Below the pieces are notes generated by a model. It was not told where the DNA came from, did no database searches, and worked only from the letters and a program-made list of their open reading frames with translations. From Eledone cirrhosa (taxonomy: Eukaryota), in contig OZ024753.1 of NCBI GenBank assembly GCA_964016885.1, positions 28,086,001 to 28,150,000 on the forward strand: a DNA stretch of 64,000 nt, given 5' to 3'. Below are positions 27,234 through 42,399 of this stretch, piece by piece; the first letter of the stretch is position 1; the number at the start of each line of letters is the position of its first letter. Both the position numbers and the translations under genes were made by a program.

Positions 27234-27693
27234 TATAACGGAATACTCCTATGTTTTACCGGCGAAGATTCGAAACCGAATCTGAGCTTTCTCGCCTCTG
27301 GGACAATCTATCATTGGAAGTTCTCACCATTGTCTTGTCAAGACAGCGATGATATATGTACATTCCACTTGACCTGTGACCCCAGCTTCTTGGGAGACAA
27401 TAACCACATGGCTGATCATAAATTAACCTCATATATCCATCCTTCTAACTTTAGCACTTAATTATAAATACAAGGAGTTAAGGAACCCAGAGAACAGACT
27501 CGAAGTGGCAGTCAGCAAGCGATAAGCGATGTAGGCATCAGTAAACTGTTTACCCTTTCTCTGTCCTGGCCCTTACTGATTTCTTACCTTCTCGGCCACC
27601 GACACAGCCAGACAGCCAGCCATGCTTGCCTGACAGATTGACCACTACTACTAAGACAATAACGTATACTAACAATACCACTTATCCGCTACA
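27234..27693. mobile_element. Solo LTR (Gypsy-type), 460 bp
   Basis: Termini TATAACGGA...TCCGCTACA with 4-bp TSD AAGT; interrupts a minisatellite. Confidence 0.7.
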
Positions 27694-28160
27694 AAGTGGT
27701 AGTGCTGAGGCCATGATAAAAGACATCAGTATATTCTGTAAAGTGGTAGTGCAGGTGACACTCTGTGAAGTGGTAGTGCTGTTGACATGATAAAATACAC
27801 CCAGTATATTCTGTAATGTGGTAGTGTTGGTGACATGATGAAATACACCCAGCATGCTCTCTGAAGTGGTAGTGTTGTTGACATGATAAAACACATTGAG
27901 CATACTCTGTACGGAGTTGGTGCTGTTGACTTAATAAAACACACCCACTGTAAAGTGGTAGTGTTGGTGACATGATAAATGTACCCAGTATACTGTAAAG
28001 TGGTAGTGTTGTTGACATGATGAAATACACCGAGTATACTCTGTAAAGTGGTAGTGTTGGTGTCATGATAAAATACACCCTGTATGTATGGTAAAGTGGC
28101 TAGTACCATGATAAAATGCACTCAATACACTCTGTAAAGAGATGGTGCTGGTGACATTAT
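27694..28160. repeat. Degenerate ~44-bp minisatellite
   Basis: Recurrent AAGTGGTAGTGTTGGTGACATGATAAAATACACCCAG. Confidence 0.8.
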
Positions 28161-31100
28161 ACACTACAACAACAACAGGCCATCTTTTCTGCTAAAGCAG
28201 GAATTAGTCATGTGTATGCCTTGACAAACTTTATCCCCATCATAGAGTCCTTATTTAAGCAATGCTTTTTAACCTGATGCCTTTCCTGGCACTAAGTCTC
28301 TTAGTTGCTTCTTATAATTCACTAAGATACAATGTAGCTATTCTAAAACAGATAGGAACAGAGATCTTCCCTCCTTGATGAACATAATTGTGTTACAGTA
28401 AAAATATATAGATGAGTAGAACCAGTAGAATAAAATATCCTGTGTATTTAGTTATGTCTCTTCATTTGGGATTCAAATATTGCTTGAGTGAACCTTATTC
28501 TTCCTAGACCAATAGAATAAGGTACCAACCAAATAAAGGAGTCAATTTGATGAATTATACTCTCCAACACCTCACCCCACCTAAAACAAAATGTGTGGCC
28601 TTTGGCCAATGCCAAAATTATTCAGCACTATTTACTGAGGATTTCATTCACCCCCCCCCCCCCCCCCCCAAAAAAAAAAATCCCCCAAGATTCACTTTGG
28701 CTTTCAACCTTTTGAGGTCGATAAAGTAAGTACCAGCACAGTCGTCTCTCCCTCCAATATATTCTACTGTGGTTATTTCTTCTTCATGTAATGTCTTATA
28801 ACTCCAGCGAAACTTATATTTTATAATTTCATATCATTATCGTCATAATGAACAGTGTTACTCACTTAATTGCATATTCGCAATCTCTGGTCACACTGTA
28901 TCTGGCACATCAAGCTTCTCTCGCCTATACTCTACTCTACACAACAGTGACCACACCACTGAACAATCCACAAGTGACTACATACACAAAAACCGAATCA
29001 ACACCACAACACCATTCAACCTGCTATATATACACATATATTCGTTATAGCCAGCAGCATGCAGAGCTCTGGTGACTCCCGGGGCAAATCATTATTGTAT
29101 GCCCCAAAGACTCAACTATAAGGCCTAATATACTGAGAAATATTATGAGAAAGGAAAATATTTTGAATATATAAAGACAGATGAAACATGAAATAAACGT
29201 TTTATTCGATTTTAATATAAATCAATCAAATTTATGAAGTTTCTTTTCCCCAAATGATGCCCCCATGCAAAGGATGCCTGGGGCCAAACACCCCGCCCTC
29301 TATACGCTATAGTCGTTTTTGCATAACAGGGCTTGCCTCAATGTTCCATTACCCTTATGATGTGCGGTCGATTGTTGCACTTGGTAGTGAATTGACGGTC
29401 GTTTTTGTTTTGGCTCCCCCACTTTTCTCTCCTTTTTTCCTCTCTTTTATGCGTTTATATTTGTGTTTATCAACGACATTATATTTGTAATGTTTTTTCT
29501 GAAAGAATTGCGAGCAACTTATAATGTTATTTATACAACTGTGAATAAAATTTTATTTATCTTGGTTAATATATAATTTACAAAGAGGAGGAAAAAACAA
29601 AACAAAACAGATTTAGTATGTATATATAGTTAAAAGTCCGTCACCATGATAGTGGTGTGACATTTCAAAAAATAAACAAAGACTAAACAAGAAAGTTTTC
29701 TGTTATTAAATTGCTAAAATGTCGCCTCTACAATTTAATCAAGTCACTTGCCGAAGAAATACAACTCGAAATTACAAATACGTATGCGGTGCTCCATCAT
29801 GGATGGAACAGGTAAAAGAGAAGTAGAATACGATTTATCTCCCTTACACCGCTTTAGTTCAAATTGTAGCGCGTGTAGACTTGTGGTATATGTACACACT
29901 TTGATACACACACACACGTGTGTCTATGTGTAATAACACCGTTACAAACATTATCAGATACTTCAGTCAGGTAAGTCCAGCTCCCTCGAATTTTCTCGAA
30001 TGTCACTGGCCGAAGAAAAAAAAAAATGAAATATATAATAAAACAGAGATTTCCGGCATTCATCGTCTCCATACTCGCAAGAGTGAACCCTGCGATTTCT
30101 TCCAAGGTCCCTTTCTCCAATCTGTTCTCCCACTCCGCCCGAAATCGTATTCATTAGAAATACGAGCCCTTTCATTACGAAATTTCTAATGAAAACCACT
30201 GCCTATGATTTTCACTATAAAGAGACTGGTGATGTACTGTGCCATGGCTTGCTTCGAGATTTATTTTAGTAGGAAATACCCCCATCTGCTGTAACGTCTA
30301 ATTAAGTGTTTACATCTTCTCTTGGTTTTCTTACTTTCTTTCTTTTCTGGTTATTTTCTAGCGATTTATCTATTTTGTAAATCATATTTGCATCAGTCGT
30401 TATCTATCGGAACACTGCATCCTTCAAAACTATTATGCTTCTTGAAATTCGTCAACACTACACCTGATATTCCGCCTCCATAAACATGCACACATGTATC
30501 TGTGTGTATATCATGACTCATACGCTGTTCATTTTCCTGACATTTGTACATTAGTCTATGTACTAAACATGAACCTTTAGTGAGTTGCAGTACACCTGAA
30601 CACTAAACACAACAATTTTCATTATAATTGGATTGGCAGTATCGGTAGAGGATCTGACACCATGTTCAAATCCCGCCGAGGTTAACTTAGCCTTTCATCC
30701 TTATGGGGTCGATAAAATAAAGTTCCAGTCATGCACTCGGATAATTGCTGGCTTTGTGTCAAAAGTAGAAACAATTATTATTATTTATTATATGAATTGT
30801 GTTTATAAATAAATAATATATTTCTCAAATAAGACACTCATTCAAAAATATAGATATATGTCTTCCTTTCTACTATTTGTAATTAATTACAGCTCAGTCT
30901 TACAATTTAAATTCATTGATTCTCAAAACCTGTATGGACATTACTTCGTCAAACTATAGCTTAATAATTACGTGGACTGTACCATTAGACAGTAACTAAG
31001 TACAGGAATAACTTTCACCTCTGTTCAAAATTAGTGCCTATTCTCTGCATACGGTAACGCTCCGGCAATATAAGAACTTTCAACTTTCAGTTTATAAATT

Positions 31101-33007
31101 AATAAGACTGTAAAATCCTGTAAGTATGTTTCTATCTGATCAGCATCACATCTAACTATCTTTATTGCAATGGCTTAGATTTTTTAACACATCTTACTTT
31201 CTTCTTGCTTTTTTTTCTTTGTTTATTTCATATCTCTCGTTCTATGAAGCACCACACTTTTTTTATTGATGCCACACAAATTTCTATGTATTCTGTAGCT
31301 TAATTGCTATAAATTTTGTTTTGTCTCTCGTCTGTTACTCCACTAGACAGTGTTTGGCTTATGTCAGACGCTGTGATCACGGATATACCAGCAGTACTGT
31401 TGGTAGGATCGAAACTGCCCAAGCCCATCTCAAAGGCCGATGACTATGGAGTTCCGTGTTCTTCGTTTGTATTTTTATTTTTAATAAATAATTTTATAAC
31501 GTTTCCCCTTCAAAAATTGTTTTTCGTTTTGTTTCTGTTCGTTGTCTTGTCCTCCCTTTGTTAATTTTCTTAAGTTTATCTGAATGTTAACTCCATTAAA
31601 AAATTCATAAATTAAAACTAAGAAAAAAAAAAGTTCTCATTCAGGGGAGACAACTAGATAGAAGTACACAAGGGAAATAACTAAACTTTTCTATTGTAAA
31701 AAAAATGTTTTTGAAACAAGTTTAAGCAGGAGAAATACAGCGCCCACAATCTTTTATCCTCTTAGACTGGTTAGTCAATGTCAAACCGGAGACCTGGTAT
31801 GAATGCTTGTCACACTAAAGGCTTTAGGTGTGTGCTGTTTTGTAACATTTGTTCTGCCTCTTCTCTTTCTGAGTTCAAATTCCTCTGAGGTAAACATTGC
31901 CATTCATCCTGCCGGGTTCGATATATATAAGTACCAGCCTGGGATTAATATATTTAAGTTCCAATCAAATATTAGGGGCCGATAAATATAGGTACCAGTT
32001 AAATACTGCAGTCGATATATTTAAGTAGTAGTCAAGTACTGGAGTTGATTTAATCGACTTTCTCCTCCCACTAAATTGTTGGCCGTGTTGCCTAAAATCA
32101 GAAACCATTATTGAACCTAATGTTGAGCCCTACCTACTGAACCTGTTTGGTTTTTTTTGTGTTTCTTTTAATTTTGTTTTGTTTTTTTTTTCATCTTTTT
32201 CCCTGAAGCCCACATCTGAGCAACACTTTCGAAACTCGTTTCCTCGCATCTTTTTTTAGCACACACACGCAATTTACTACCTATACTCCTCTCATCCCTA
32301 CCACCACCTACAACAATAGTGCCACCAACACCATCCTCACCACAAAAACCACTAACAATAGCATCATCAGCACATCAACATCACCAATAACAATTATACC
32401 ACCACCACATCAACAGTATCACCAACAAGAACACGATCATTATCAAAGCCACCACCAACAACAACAACACTACCACCACCACCAGCCCCATCATAAACAA
32501 CAAAAACAACATCCCTGCCACATTATCCTAGTCCAACCACACCCAAAATGAGATACTGAAGATGTTACCATAACAACTTTAACTGAACACCCAATACCAT
32601 CATCACCAACACCACCATCATCACTATCAACACCACCACCAACACCGTCAACACCAACAATACCATCACCACCACAACAACAACTAATACTACTACAACT
32701 ACTACTAGTACTACTACAAATTAGCCTCTCGTAACAATGCAGTTAACGCAGATGGGAGCGTTTGCAAGCACATGCACTGTAGTGATGCGGAAGTGGGGTA
32801 GAGAGGTGGATGTTGAAGAGAGAAGGAAATGTGTAAGGAAGGAAAAAGTCATGTTGATGAATGGAGGGATGGTGGGGCGAGTGGATATATATATATATAT
32901 ATATATATTTGTGTGTGTGTTAGGTTTTTAACTACAGTTACAGGCGGCGCACAGTTCGAATCACTCAATGCTGTTACGCGGTCCGTCTCGTATGGGTTGT
33001 ATTTCCA

Positions 33008-33080
<73 letters not shown>

Positions 33081-34465
33081 GAGAAGAAAGAATACTGCGT
33101 GGTTGCACATAGGTTACGTATGATAAAAAAGTCCTTCGTCAGTGATTTTCCAACCATCATTGCTATTTCATCGCATTAAAAATCAGATACCTCAGGTTGG
33201 TGCGAACAATAACTAAAAAAAGTTATTGGGACCAGTAATTCGCGTAAAGCGAGGGGGACAAGTAAACAACATAGAAGGATAAAAGCAAACCGAAGATAGG
33301 AAAATAAACAAGCAACATGGTTGTCCGGTCAGCATAAACTGGGTGGATTTCATGAGCGAGAGAGGTACAGACCGTCCGATGTGTGTGAGATGTAAGCAAG
33401 AAGAGACCCACTACAAGCCAAACGTGAGGAAGTGAGAAGGGGAGAAACAGAGAGTGAGTGAGTGGAAGTGTGAGGAAGAGGTCAGTCGAGAGAAAGTGTA
33501 ACTGACAGAGGGGGCGAAAGAAGGTGAGAGAAACAGAGAGTGGGGAAGCAGTAAGAGAGAAAAAGACAAACGCAGTCGAGGTAAATATATATAAAAAAAA
33601 CATAAGAAGAATACACATATATACATACAGAGAGGGGTAGATGTATATATATTCTCATAATAATAAAAAGGACGAAGTGTTAGATCTTCATTACGTTTAT
33701 TGAGGTGTGACGCGCATTTCGTGATTGATCAGCTCAAGGTTTGTTCTGTATCGATTTGGCCCGAATTTGGAATCAAAAGCTCATCGGACTTCTGTTATGG
33801 TAACGACAGAATCCCTATATATAATAGATAGATAGAAATAACATAGTTCATGCATGCAGCATAAAAATGTAACCAGAATAAAAAACGAAAGACAAAAAAA
33901 ATCTGATAAAACTTTATAGATTTCCTAAGAAAGTAGGGGAGATGATTACAGACATGTTTTTGGTCTTATTCTGACATCATTAGCAATGCTTGGCTTTCAC
34001 TTCAGGCAGCTCCGTTACCTACCCATATTATGATGGTGGGTAGATAGGTAGATGTGTATGTATGTAAGTGGGTGGGTGAGTGGAGGAGTGAGTTATTATT
34101 GCACAGCAGACGTGCAGTAACGTTCAAAGTTAATTCACTCACCCCACAAGCAGCCACCCCACATTCATGACACCTGAAATTTACAGTGAACTCTAGTAGT
34201 AGTAATGGGAGTAGTAGTGGTGGTGATTGTAGTAGTTGCTGTTGTTTTAGCAGCATTTTTCAGTCAAGCATGAGAGCATTAAGTCTGCCAAATTCCTCAT
34301 CTTAGAAAACACGTATTTCAACTGTGCCAAGTACTCACGCCATTTCTAGCATCCTCTCCTCCCTCCACTTCCTCCTCTTTCTGCTCTTCCTTAACAACAA
34401 CTAAAACAGGAAATTACATTGAACTTATAAATTTCACAAAATTGTATACATGTCGCGCGCACACA

Positions 34466-34510
<45 letters not shown>

Positions 34511-34541
34511 GCATACATACACACAGACACATATATACAGG

Positions 34542-34592
<51 letters not shown>

Positions 34593-34924
34593 GGTAAAGG
34601 AACAAAAACAAACACTGAGATGCAAAAATACCCGGTTATATTAGGTTCGTGATTGGGGAAAACGAAAGAGGGTTCGACGTTTCGGACAGAAGTCGTTTAT
34701 AAGGAAATTTCGGATTAGGAGAAAACAGGTAGGTGTACGAAAGTAGCGTGTGAACGATACAACACAGTAAAGGCGCGGGAGATAAACAAAGAAAGCTTTT
34801 GGCCAACAAAATAACAAGTAGTAAAGTCTAGCGATTAAGATAGAACACAGAAGCAAGAATCGTACACCCAAAACAACACAAGAAAACAAGTACAAGGATG
34901 TATGCAAAATGATACAAGGGGAGG

Positions 34925-35245
34925 AGTATTTAATCAGAGATTAAGCGAATTATATCCTGCGTCTCCCAGCGACCAGTGCCTGTCTTCAGGGCATCAACAT
35001 ATGTTATCCTCAGTCTCCCTCTTCCAGTGTGTCTGTTTAGGGGTTCCCACAGGACCACTGAGTGCAGTGTCGACTCGGAATGTCGGTAAGCATGTCCAGC
35101 TAACCTCAGTTTCCTCTGTGTCGCTTTCGAACTAACTTTTGGGAGGCTCCCGTACAGCTCCGTGTTTTTCATCCTCAGTGCTTACTGATTAATGTTCAGA
35201 GCCATCCTCAGCATCCTCGTGTAGCACCCAGCCACCATCTGAGTG
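34925..35245 (-). mobile_element. LINE (RTE/Proto2-like) C-terminal fragment
   Basis: NTELYGSLPKVS...RKLRLAGHAYRH...VLWEP...RGR..TYVDAL. Confidence 0.7.
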
Positions 35246-35601
35246 AGTCCTTGAGCAAGACACTTTATTTCACGTAGCTTCAGTCCACTCAGCTGGCAAA
35301 AATTAGTTGTATCTGTAATTCGAATGGCCAGCCTTGTCACGCTGAATCACCCTGAGAACTACGTTAAGGGTACGCGTGTCTCTGGAATACTCAGCCACTT
35401 GCACGTTAATTTCACGAGCAGGCTGTTCCATTGATTGTATCTAGTCATCGTAACTGACGGAGTGCCTGACATGTATGTATGTTTACTGAAGTAGTATCGA
35501 GAGCGAGTAAAGCTAGAAGCACCTAAACAGTCAGCTGTAGTAAACAGTTGTTATGCTCTTATTTGTGACTAGACCTAAATTTGAAAACTTACATAGCAAG
35601 C

Positions 35602-35675
35602 GGCCGGTTAGCTCAGTTGGTTAGAGCGTCGTGCTAATAACGCGAATGTCGTGGGTTCGAGCCCCATATTGGCCA
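35602..35675 (+). tRNA. tRNA-Ile (anticodon AAT)
   Basis: GGCCGGTTAGCTCAGTTGGTTAGAGCGTCGTGCTAATAACGCGAATGTCGTGGGTTCGAGCCCCATATTGGCCA folds as a cloverleaf, has A and B boxes, and has a downstream T-run. Confidence 0.92.
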
Positions 35676-35809
35676 AGTGTTTATTTTGTTTTCAATGCAG
35701 TTTATAGAATATTTTTTACTAGATGCATTCTTGTATTGTTTTACATTTTTTCTATATTCTACTGGAGCTCTACCCGTATATATATATAAGATGTTAGAAT
35801 ATCATTTCA

Positions 35810-36069
35810 TATGTATGTATATATATATATATATATACATGTATATGTATATATATACATGTATATGTGTATATATATATGTATATGTATATAAATATGT
35901 TTATATATGTGTATAAATGAATATATATATATGTGTATGTTTGTATATATATATATGTATGTATATGTATATATATGTATGTATATGTATATATATATGT
36001 ATGTATGTATATATGTATGTATATATGTATGTATATGTATGCATATGCAAATATATATGTATATGTATG

Positions 36070-36148
<79 letters not shown>

Positions 36149-36470
36149 GTATGTATATGTATATATATATATATATATACATATGTATGTATATGTATAT
36201 ATATATATATATATACATATGTATGTATATGTATATATATATATATATATACATATGTATGTATATGTATATATATATATATATATATACATATATATAT
36301 ACATACATATGTATATATATGTATATATATATATATATATATATACATATGTATATATATGTATATATATATATATATATATATACATATGTATATATAT
36401 GTATATATATATATATATATACATATGTATGTATATGTATATATATATATATATATATATACATACATAA

Positions 36471-36507
<37 letters not shown>

Positions 36508-36518
36508 TATATACATAC

Positions 36519-36561
<43 letters not shown>

Positions 36562-36604
36562 TATATACATACATATGTATATATATATAAATATATATAC
36601 ATAC

Positions 36605-36662
<58 letters not shown>

Positions 36663-38342
36663 GTATAAATATATATATATATATATATACACAATGATAT
36701 TAAATAAATGGAAACTATATTTATAAAACCATATTTATTTTATTATATATATTTCAAGGGTACCAAAAGATATTGGTACGCTTTCCTTAGATAAAATACA
36801 AAGTTTGTTTTATAAATAGAGACATACCCATGAAAATCATACCTTATCGGTTGGATATTCTCTGGATAGTGGAAATATATTAGGGATTTTTCAAACTTAT
36901 GGGTGAATATGCAAATGAATATGTAAATAATTGAAAAACAACCGTTTATTCAAACAAATTAAATACCCCTTCTACTTATACATATATATATGTGTATATA
37001 TATATATATGTGTGTATGTATATATGTGTATATATATATTATGTCAGGTCACCAGTTGGTGCTACTGGTAACATGTATCCCAGTACAACCTGTCTCATGG
37101 TCGGGTCGTTGGCGACTAAACTGGCAACCCCACCAAGGTTTCTTGGTGAGGAGGGTGACTTTGGACATCCTGCAGGACTAAAAACAAAACCTGTCAAAGG
37201 GCAAAGGAGCTCTTAAGAGTCAATGGCCATCCAAAATCACCGGGAGAGATGACCCCTTTAGCCTTAGTCAAGGCAGAATTCTAGGAGAAGGAAAACTCTG
37301 ATATAACACCTGCAACCCTGATGGTATCCAATGATGTTGACTTGTTCTTCTTTTTGGTAAATAGCATCTTGGTTAAGAGAGTGGGACTGGCTTTGTGCAG
37401 TGCCTTTGCTCACTATAAAAGCTTCACGGCACAGGCATTGCTTTATATCTGGAGATCTCTCTGCACTTGTCCTCACATGGGCCCAGCACTATGTGTTAAT
37501 AATTGTCCTACCATGGGCCTAGCACTATGTGTCAATAATTGTCACAGGTGTAGTGTTTGTACCAGAGGTTTCAAGTCGCTGGCTGGACTAAAAAGTCACA
37601 CTCGTTCAGCGCTTCGGTAGGGGTTATCATACATGGATGTAAAGTAGTGGCCGTACTCGAAAACGAGTTGGCAGCCACCATGTATATATATATATATATG
37701 TGTGTATGTATATATGTGTATATGTATGTATATGTATATATATGTGTATGTATATGTATATATATGTGTATGTTTATGTATGTGTATGTATATGTATGTA
37801 TATATATATGTATATGTATGTATATATATATGTATATATATATATGTATATGTATATATATGTGTATATATATATATATGTATATGTATATATATGTGTA
37901 TATATGTATATATATATGTATATGTATATATATATGTATATATATGTGTATATATATATATGTATATATATATGTGTATATATATATGTATATTTATATA
38001 TGTATGTTTATATATGTATATATATATGTATATATATGTATATGTATATATATATGTGTATATGTATATATATATGTGTATATGTATATATATGTGTATA
38101 TGTATATATATGTGTATATGTATATATATATATGTGTGTATATGTATATATAGGTGTGTATATGTATATATATGTGTGTATATGTATATATATATGTGTA
38201 TATGTATATATATATGTGTATATGTATATATACATGTGTATATGTATATATACATGTGTATATGTATGTGTATATGTATATATATGTGTATATGTATATA
38301 TGTATATATGTGTATATGTATATATATATATATATGTGTATA

Positions 38343-38373
<31 letters not shown>

Positions 38374-39772
38374 GTGTATATGTATATATGTGTATATGTA
38401 TGTGTATATATGTATATCATCATCATCATCATCATTTCATTTTACGTCCGCTTTTCCCTGCTTGCAAGGGTGGGACGGGAACTGATGCTGGCTTGATTTC
38501 TACAGCTGGATGCACTTCCTAACACCAACCTCATTTACAGTGAGTGCTGGGTGCTTTTTTGCTGTGGCACCTACACGACCACTTTGCAGTTGAATGATAG
38601 GGACCCCAGTCCATATCATCTCATTTCTACAGCTGAGGAAACTGGAGCAATGTGAAATAAAGTGTCTTGCTCAAGGAAACAACACATCACCCGGTCTGAG
38701 AATTGAACTCACAACCTTTCGATTGCAAGGCCAATGCTCTAACCACTAAGCCATGCGCCTCCATATATATACATATAAAAAAGTGCAGGGCGATAAAAAT
38801 AGACAGTAGCCACGGAGTAGGCAGACCCAGAAAAACCTGGGACGACTTGATAAATTCCGACCTCACATACTTACACCTCTCCAAGACAATATCACTGGAC
38901 CGAGATCTTTGGCGCTACACAGTAATACAGAAGACCCGCCTTGCCTAAGTACAAAACGAAACCTACAGTCAGTAGGCACCTCTAACAAAAATACACCCTG
39001 TCCCACTACCCCCACCCCGTCCACACCACCCCTTTCAATATAAAGTTATGTTGGTACCACAACATCCAGTCCGAAACAAATGAGGTCGTGTAGGTGTCAT
39101 GACAAAAAAAACACACGGTCCACGCTGTAATATAGGCCTGTAACCGTGGTTGGTGTTAGGAAGGGCATCCAGCTGTAGAAAACCCGCCAGACAGTCCTAT
39201 ACGAGCAAGACAACCAATCTTGCCTCAAGTGGGAAAATTCCCGTCCAAACCCATGCAAGCGTGGAAGATGGATGTTAAACGATGATGATATATATGTATA
39301 TATATGTATATATATGTATATATATGTATATATATATATACATATATATGTATATATATATATGTATGTATATATATATATGTATATATATGTATATATT
39401 TATACATATATATGTATATATATGTATATGTATGTATATATATGTATGTATGTGTATATATGCATATGTATGTGTATATATGTATATGTATGTATGTGTG
39501 TATATATGTATGTATGTGTATATATATGTATATATATATATGTATCTATATATGTATATATATATATATATATATATGTATGTTTATGTATGTATATGTA
39601 TGTTTATGTATGTATATGTATGTTTATGTATGTATATGTATGTATATGTATGTATATGTATGTATATGTATATATATATATATGTATGTATATGTATATA
39701 TATATATATGTATGTATATGTATATATATATATATGTATGTATATGTATATATATATATATGTATGTATATG

Positions 39773-39831
<59 letters not shown>

Positions 39832-40238
39832 GTATGTATATGTATATATATATGTATGTATATATATATATGTATGTATATGTATATATATATTTATGTA
39901 TGTATATGTATATATATATTTATGTATGTATATGTATATATATATTTATGTATGTATATGTATATATATATATATGTATGTATATGTATATATATATATA
40001 TGTATGTATATGTATATATATATATATGTATGTATATGTATATATATATGTATGTATATGTATATATATATGTATGTATATGTATATATATATATATGTA
40101 TGTATATGTATATATATATATATGTATGTATATGTATATATATATATATGTATGTATATGTATATATATGTATGTATATGTATGTATATGTATATATATA
40201 TATGTATGTATATGTATATATATATATGTATGTATATG

Positions 40239-40319
<81 letters not shown>

Positions 40320-41036
40320 GTATATATATATGTATATATATATGTATGTATATGTATATATGTATGTATATGTATAAATATATATATGTATATATATATA
40401 TATGTATGTATATGTATAAATATATATATGTATATATATATATATGTATGTATATGTATAAATATATGTATGTATATGTATAAATATATATATGTATATA
40501 TATATATATGTATGTATATGTATAAATATATATATGTATATATATATATATGTGTGTATATATATATGTATGTGTATGTATATGTATATATATGTATGTA
40601 TATATGTATATGTATGTATATATATATATGTATGTATATGTATGTATATGTATATGTATGTATATATGTATATGTGTATATGTATATATGTATATGTGTA
40701 TATGTATATGTATGTATATATGTATATGTATATATATATATGTGTATGTATATATATATATATATGTATATGTATGTATATATATATATATGTATATGTA
40801 TGTATATATATATATATATGTATATGCATGTATATATATGTATATGCATGTATATATATATGTATATGTATGTATATATATATATGTATATGTATGTATA
40901 TATATATATGTATATGTATGTATATATATATATGTATATGTATGTATATATATATATGTATATGTATGTATATATATATATGTATATGTATGTATATATA
41001 TATATGTATATGTATGTATATATATATATGTATATG

Positions 41037-41071
<35 letters not shown>

Positions 41072-41075
41072 GTAA
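35810..41075. repeat. Very long compound (TA)n/(TATG)n microsatellite fields (35810-36692, 37680-38416, 39287-41072)
   Basis: Direct reading; these generate the spurious Y/I/M/C/V ORFs. Confidence 0.97.
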
Positions 41076-41225
41076 GTATTGCACTAACACATGCTCTCAT
41101 ACAAGCCACTACAGACGTGTGATGACGTTATCCGATCCTGACGAATCACCATCTCTCAGCATTGTGATTAGGTACAGATTGAGGAACACACATACATACA
41201 TACACACACACACACACGCACACAA

Positions 41226-41300
<75 letters not shown>

Positions 41301-41419
41301 GTAATAATAATAATAATAATAATAAATTTGAAGACTAAAATCCAAAGAGGGCTCGATAAGGATAAATATATATCAAATATATAAGAATCATAGAGCAAAT
41401 ATTTATTAAAATAGATTAA

Positions 41420-41470
41420 AGTTTAAGCAAAGAATCGCTGCTTTCACCCTTAACGGGATTTTCAGAAACT
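41420..41470 (-). ncRNA. Hammerhead ribozyme variant, family E (sense copy in the PLE 3' pLTR)
   Basis: Reverse complement: AGTTT-CTGAAAA-T-CCC gttaa GGG-T-GAAA-GCA gcgattctt TGC-TT^-AAACT. Confidence 0.68.
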
Positions 41471-42399
41471 AACAAAGTCAATCTGTAAACGCAGAAGTGG
41501 ATATTTCAAAAAACGTTGCAACCGGAGGAAGACAGGAAGACGATACTTTGGTTCGTGGAAACGTTCGCTGGCAAAGAACGGGAAAAAACGAATAATACGT
41601 CATTAATAGGAGCGTTGAAAAACAATTACGCGCAAAGACAGAACCACGTTAATGGTATAAAAGAGGTCGTAGACTAATGTTCTCTTAGGTGGTTCATAGA
41701 GACGTTCTCTGGCAATGAACGAGAAAAACGAAGATAATACGTCATAAGTGGAGAGCGTGGAGAACAATAGCACGCAAAGACAAAACCACGTAAATGGTAT
41801 AGCAGAAGTCGTAGACTAAAATTCTAACTCGGAGACCGAATGAATCTCCGCTACAAAGTTAAGAACAAAGTAAATAAATACAATACAGAAGTAATAGAAA
41901 TAAATAAATACATACACGCAAACAAATACGTACATACACAAGCATACGCAAAACACTTACCATAGGTATACAAAACCACGCACATATAAATATGTGTGTG
42001 TGTGTATGCGTATATACAAATAAATATATAAACGTATATAAATAAATAAATACGTATATAACATGCGCACACACATACCTACATGTAAATACACGAATGT
42101 TCGGAGACATAAGTCAACCAAAACATGAAGTACACATATACACACGCCCTACCTACGTACGAACCTGCATACTCACACAGACGCGAAACTCCCGTATACA
42201 CATAGCCAAACCATATGTACCAGAATATATAAAATTATACGCCATAACATAAACAATCAAATATACGTACGAGAAGGTATACGTACCTTCACAAAACATA
42301 CGGAAAATATATACTTACCTATGCAAATAAGTAATGGTATAAACAAAACATATACTTAGCTCCCACATCAAGACGTAAAATATCCACGTATAGATCGTA

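Noticed and set aside
33100-33160. CTGACGA on the minus strand as another hammerhead
   Set aside because: No properly placed GAAA or stem I partner was found.
37321-37620. ORF ending in a C2H2 finger ([17 protein letters not shown]) as a host zinc-finger gene
   Set aside because: It is a single finger in repeat context with no splice structure, more likely the C-terminal remnant of an RTE-type LINE.
35794-41301. Long ORFs of 200-600 aa (Y/I/M/C/V/H/T-rich), also at 58-1533 and 45664-46193
   Set aside because: They are translations of TA/TG/TATG microsatellites that happen to lack stop codons; there is no coding signal.
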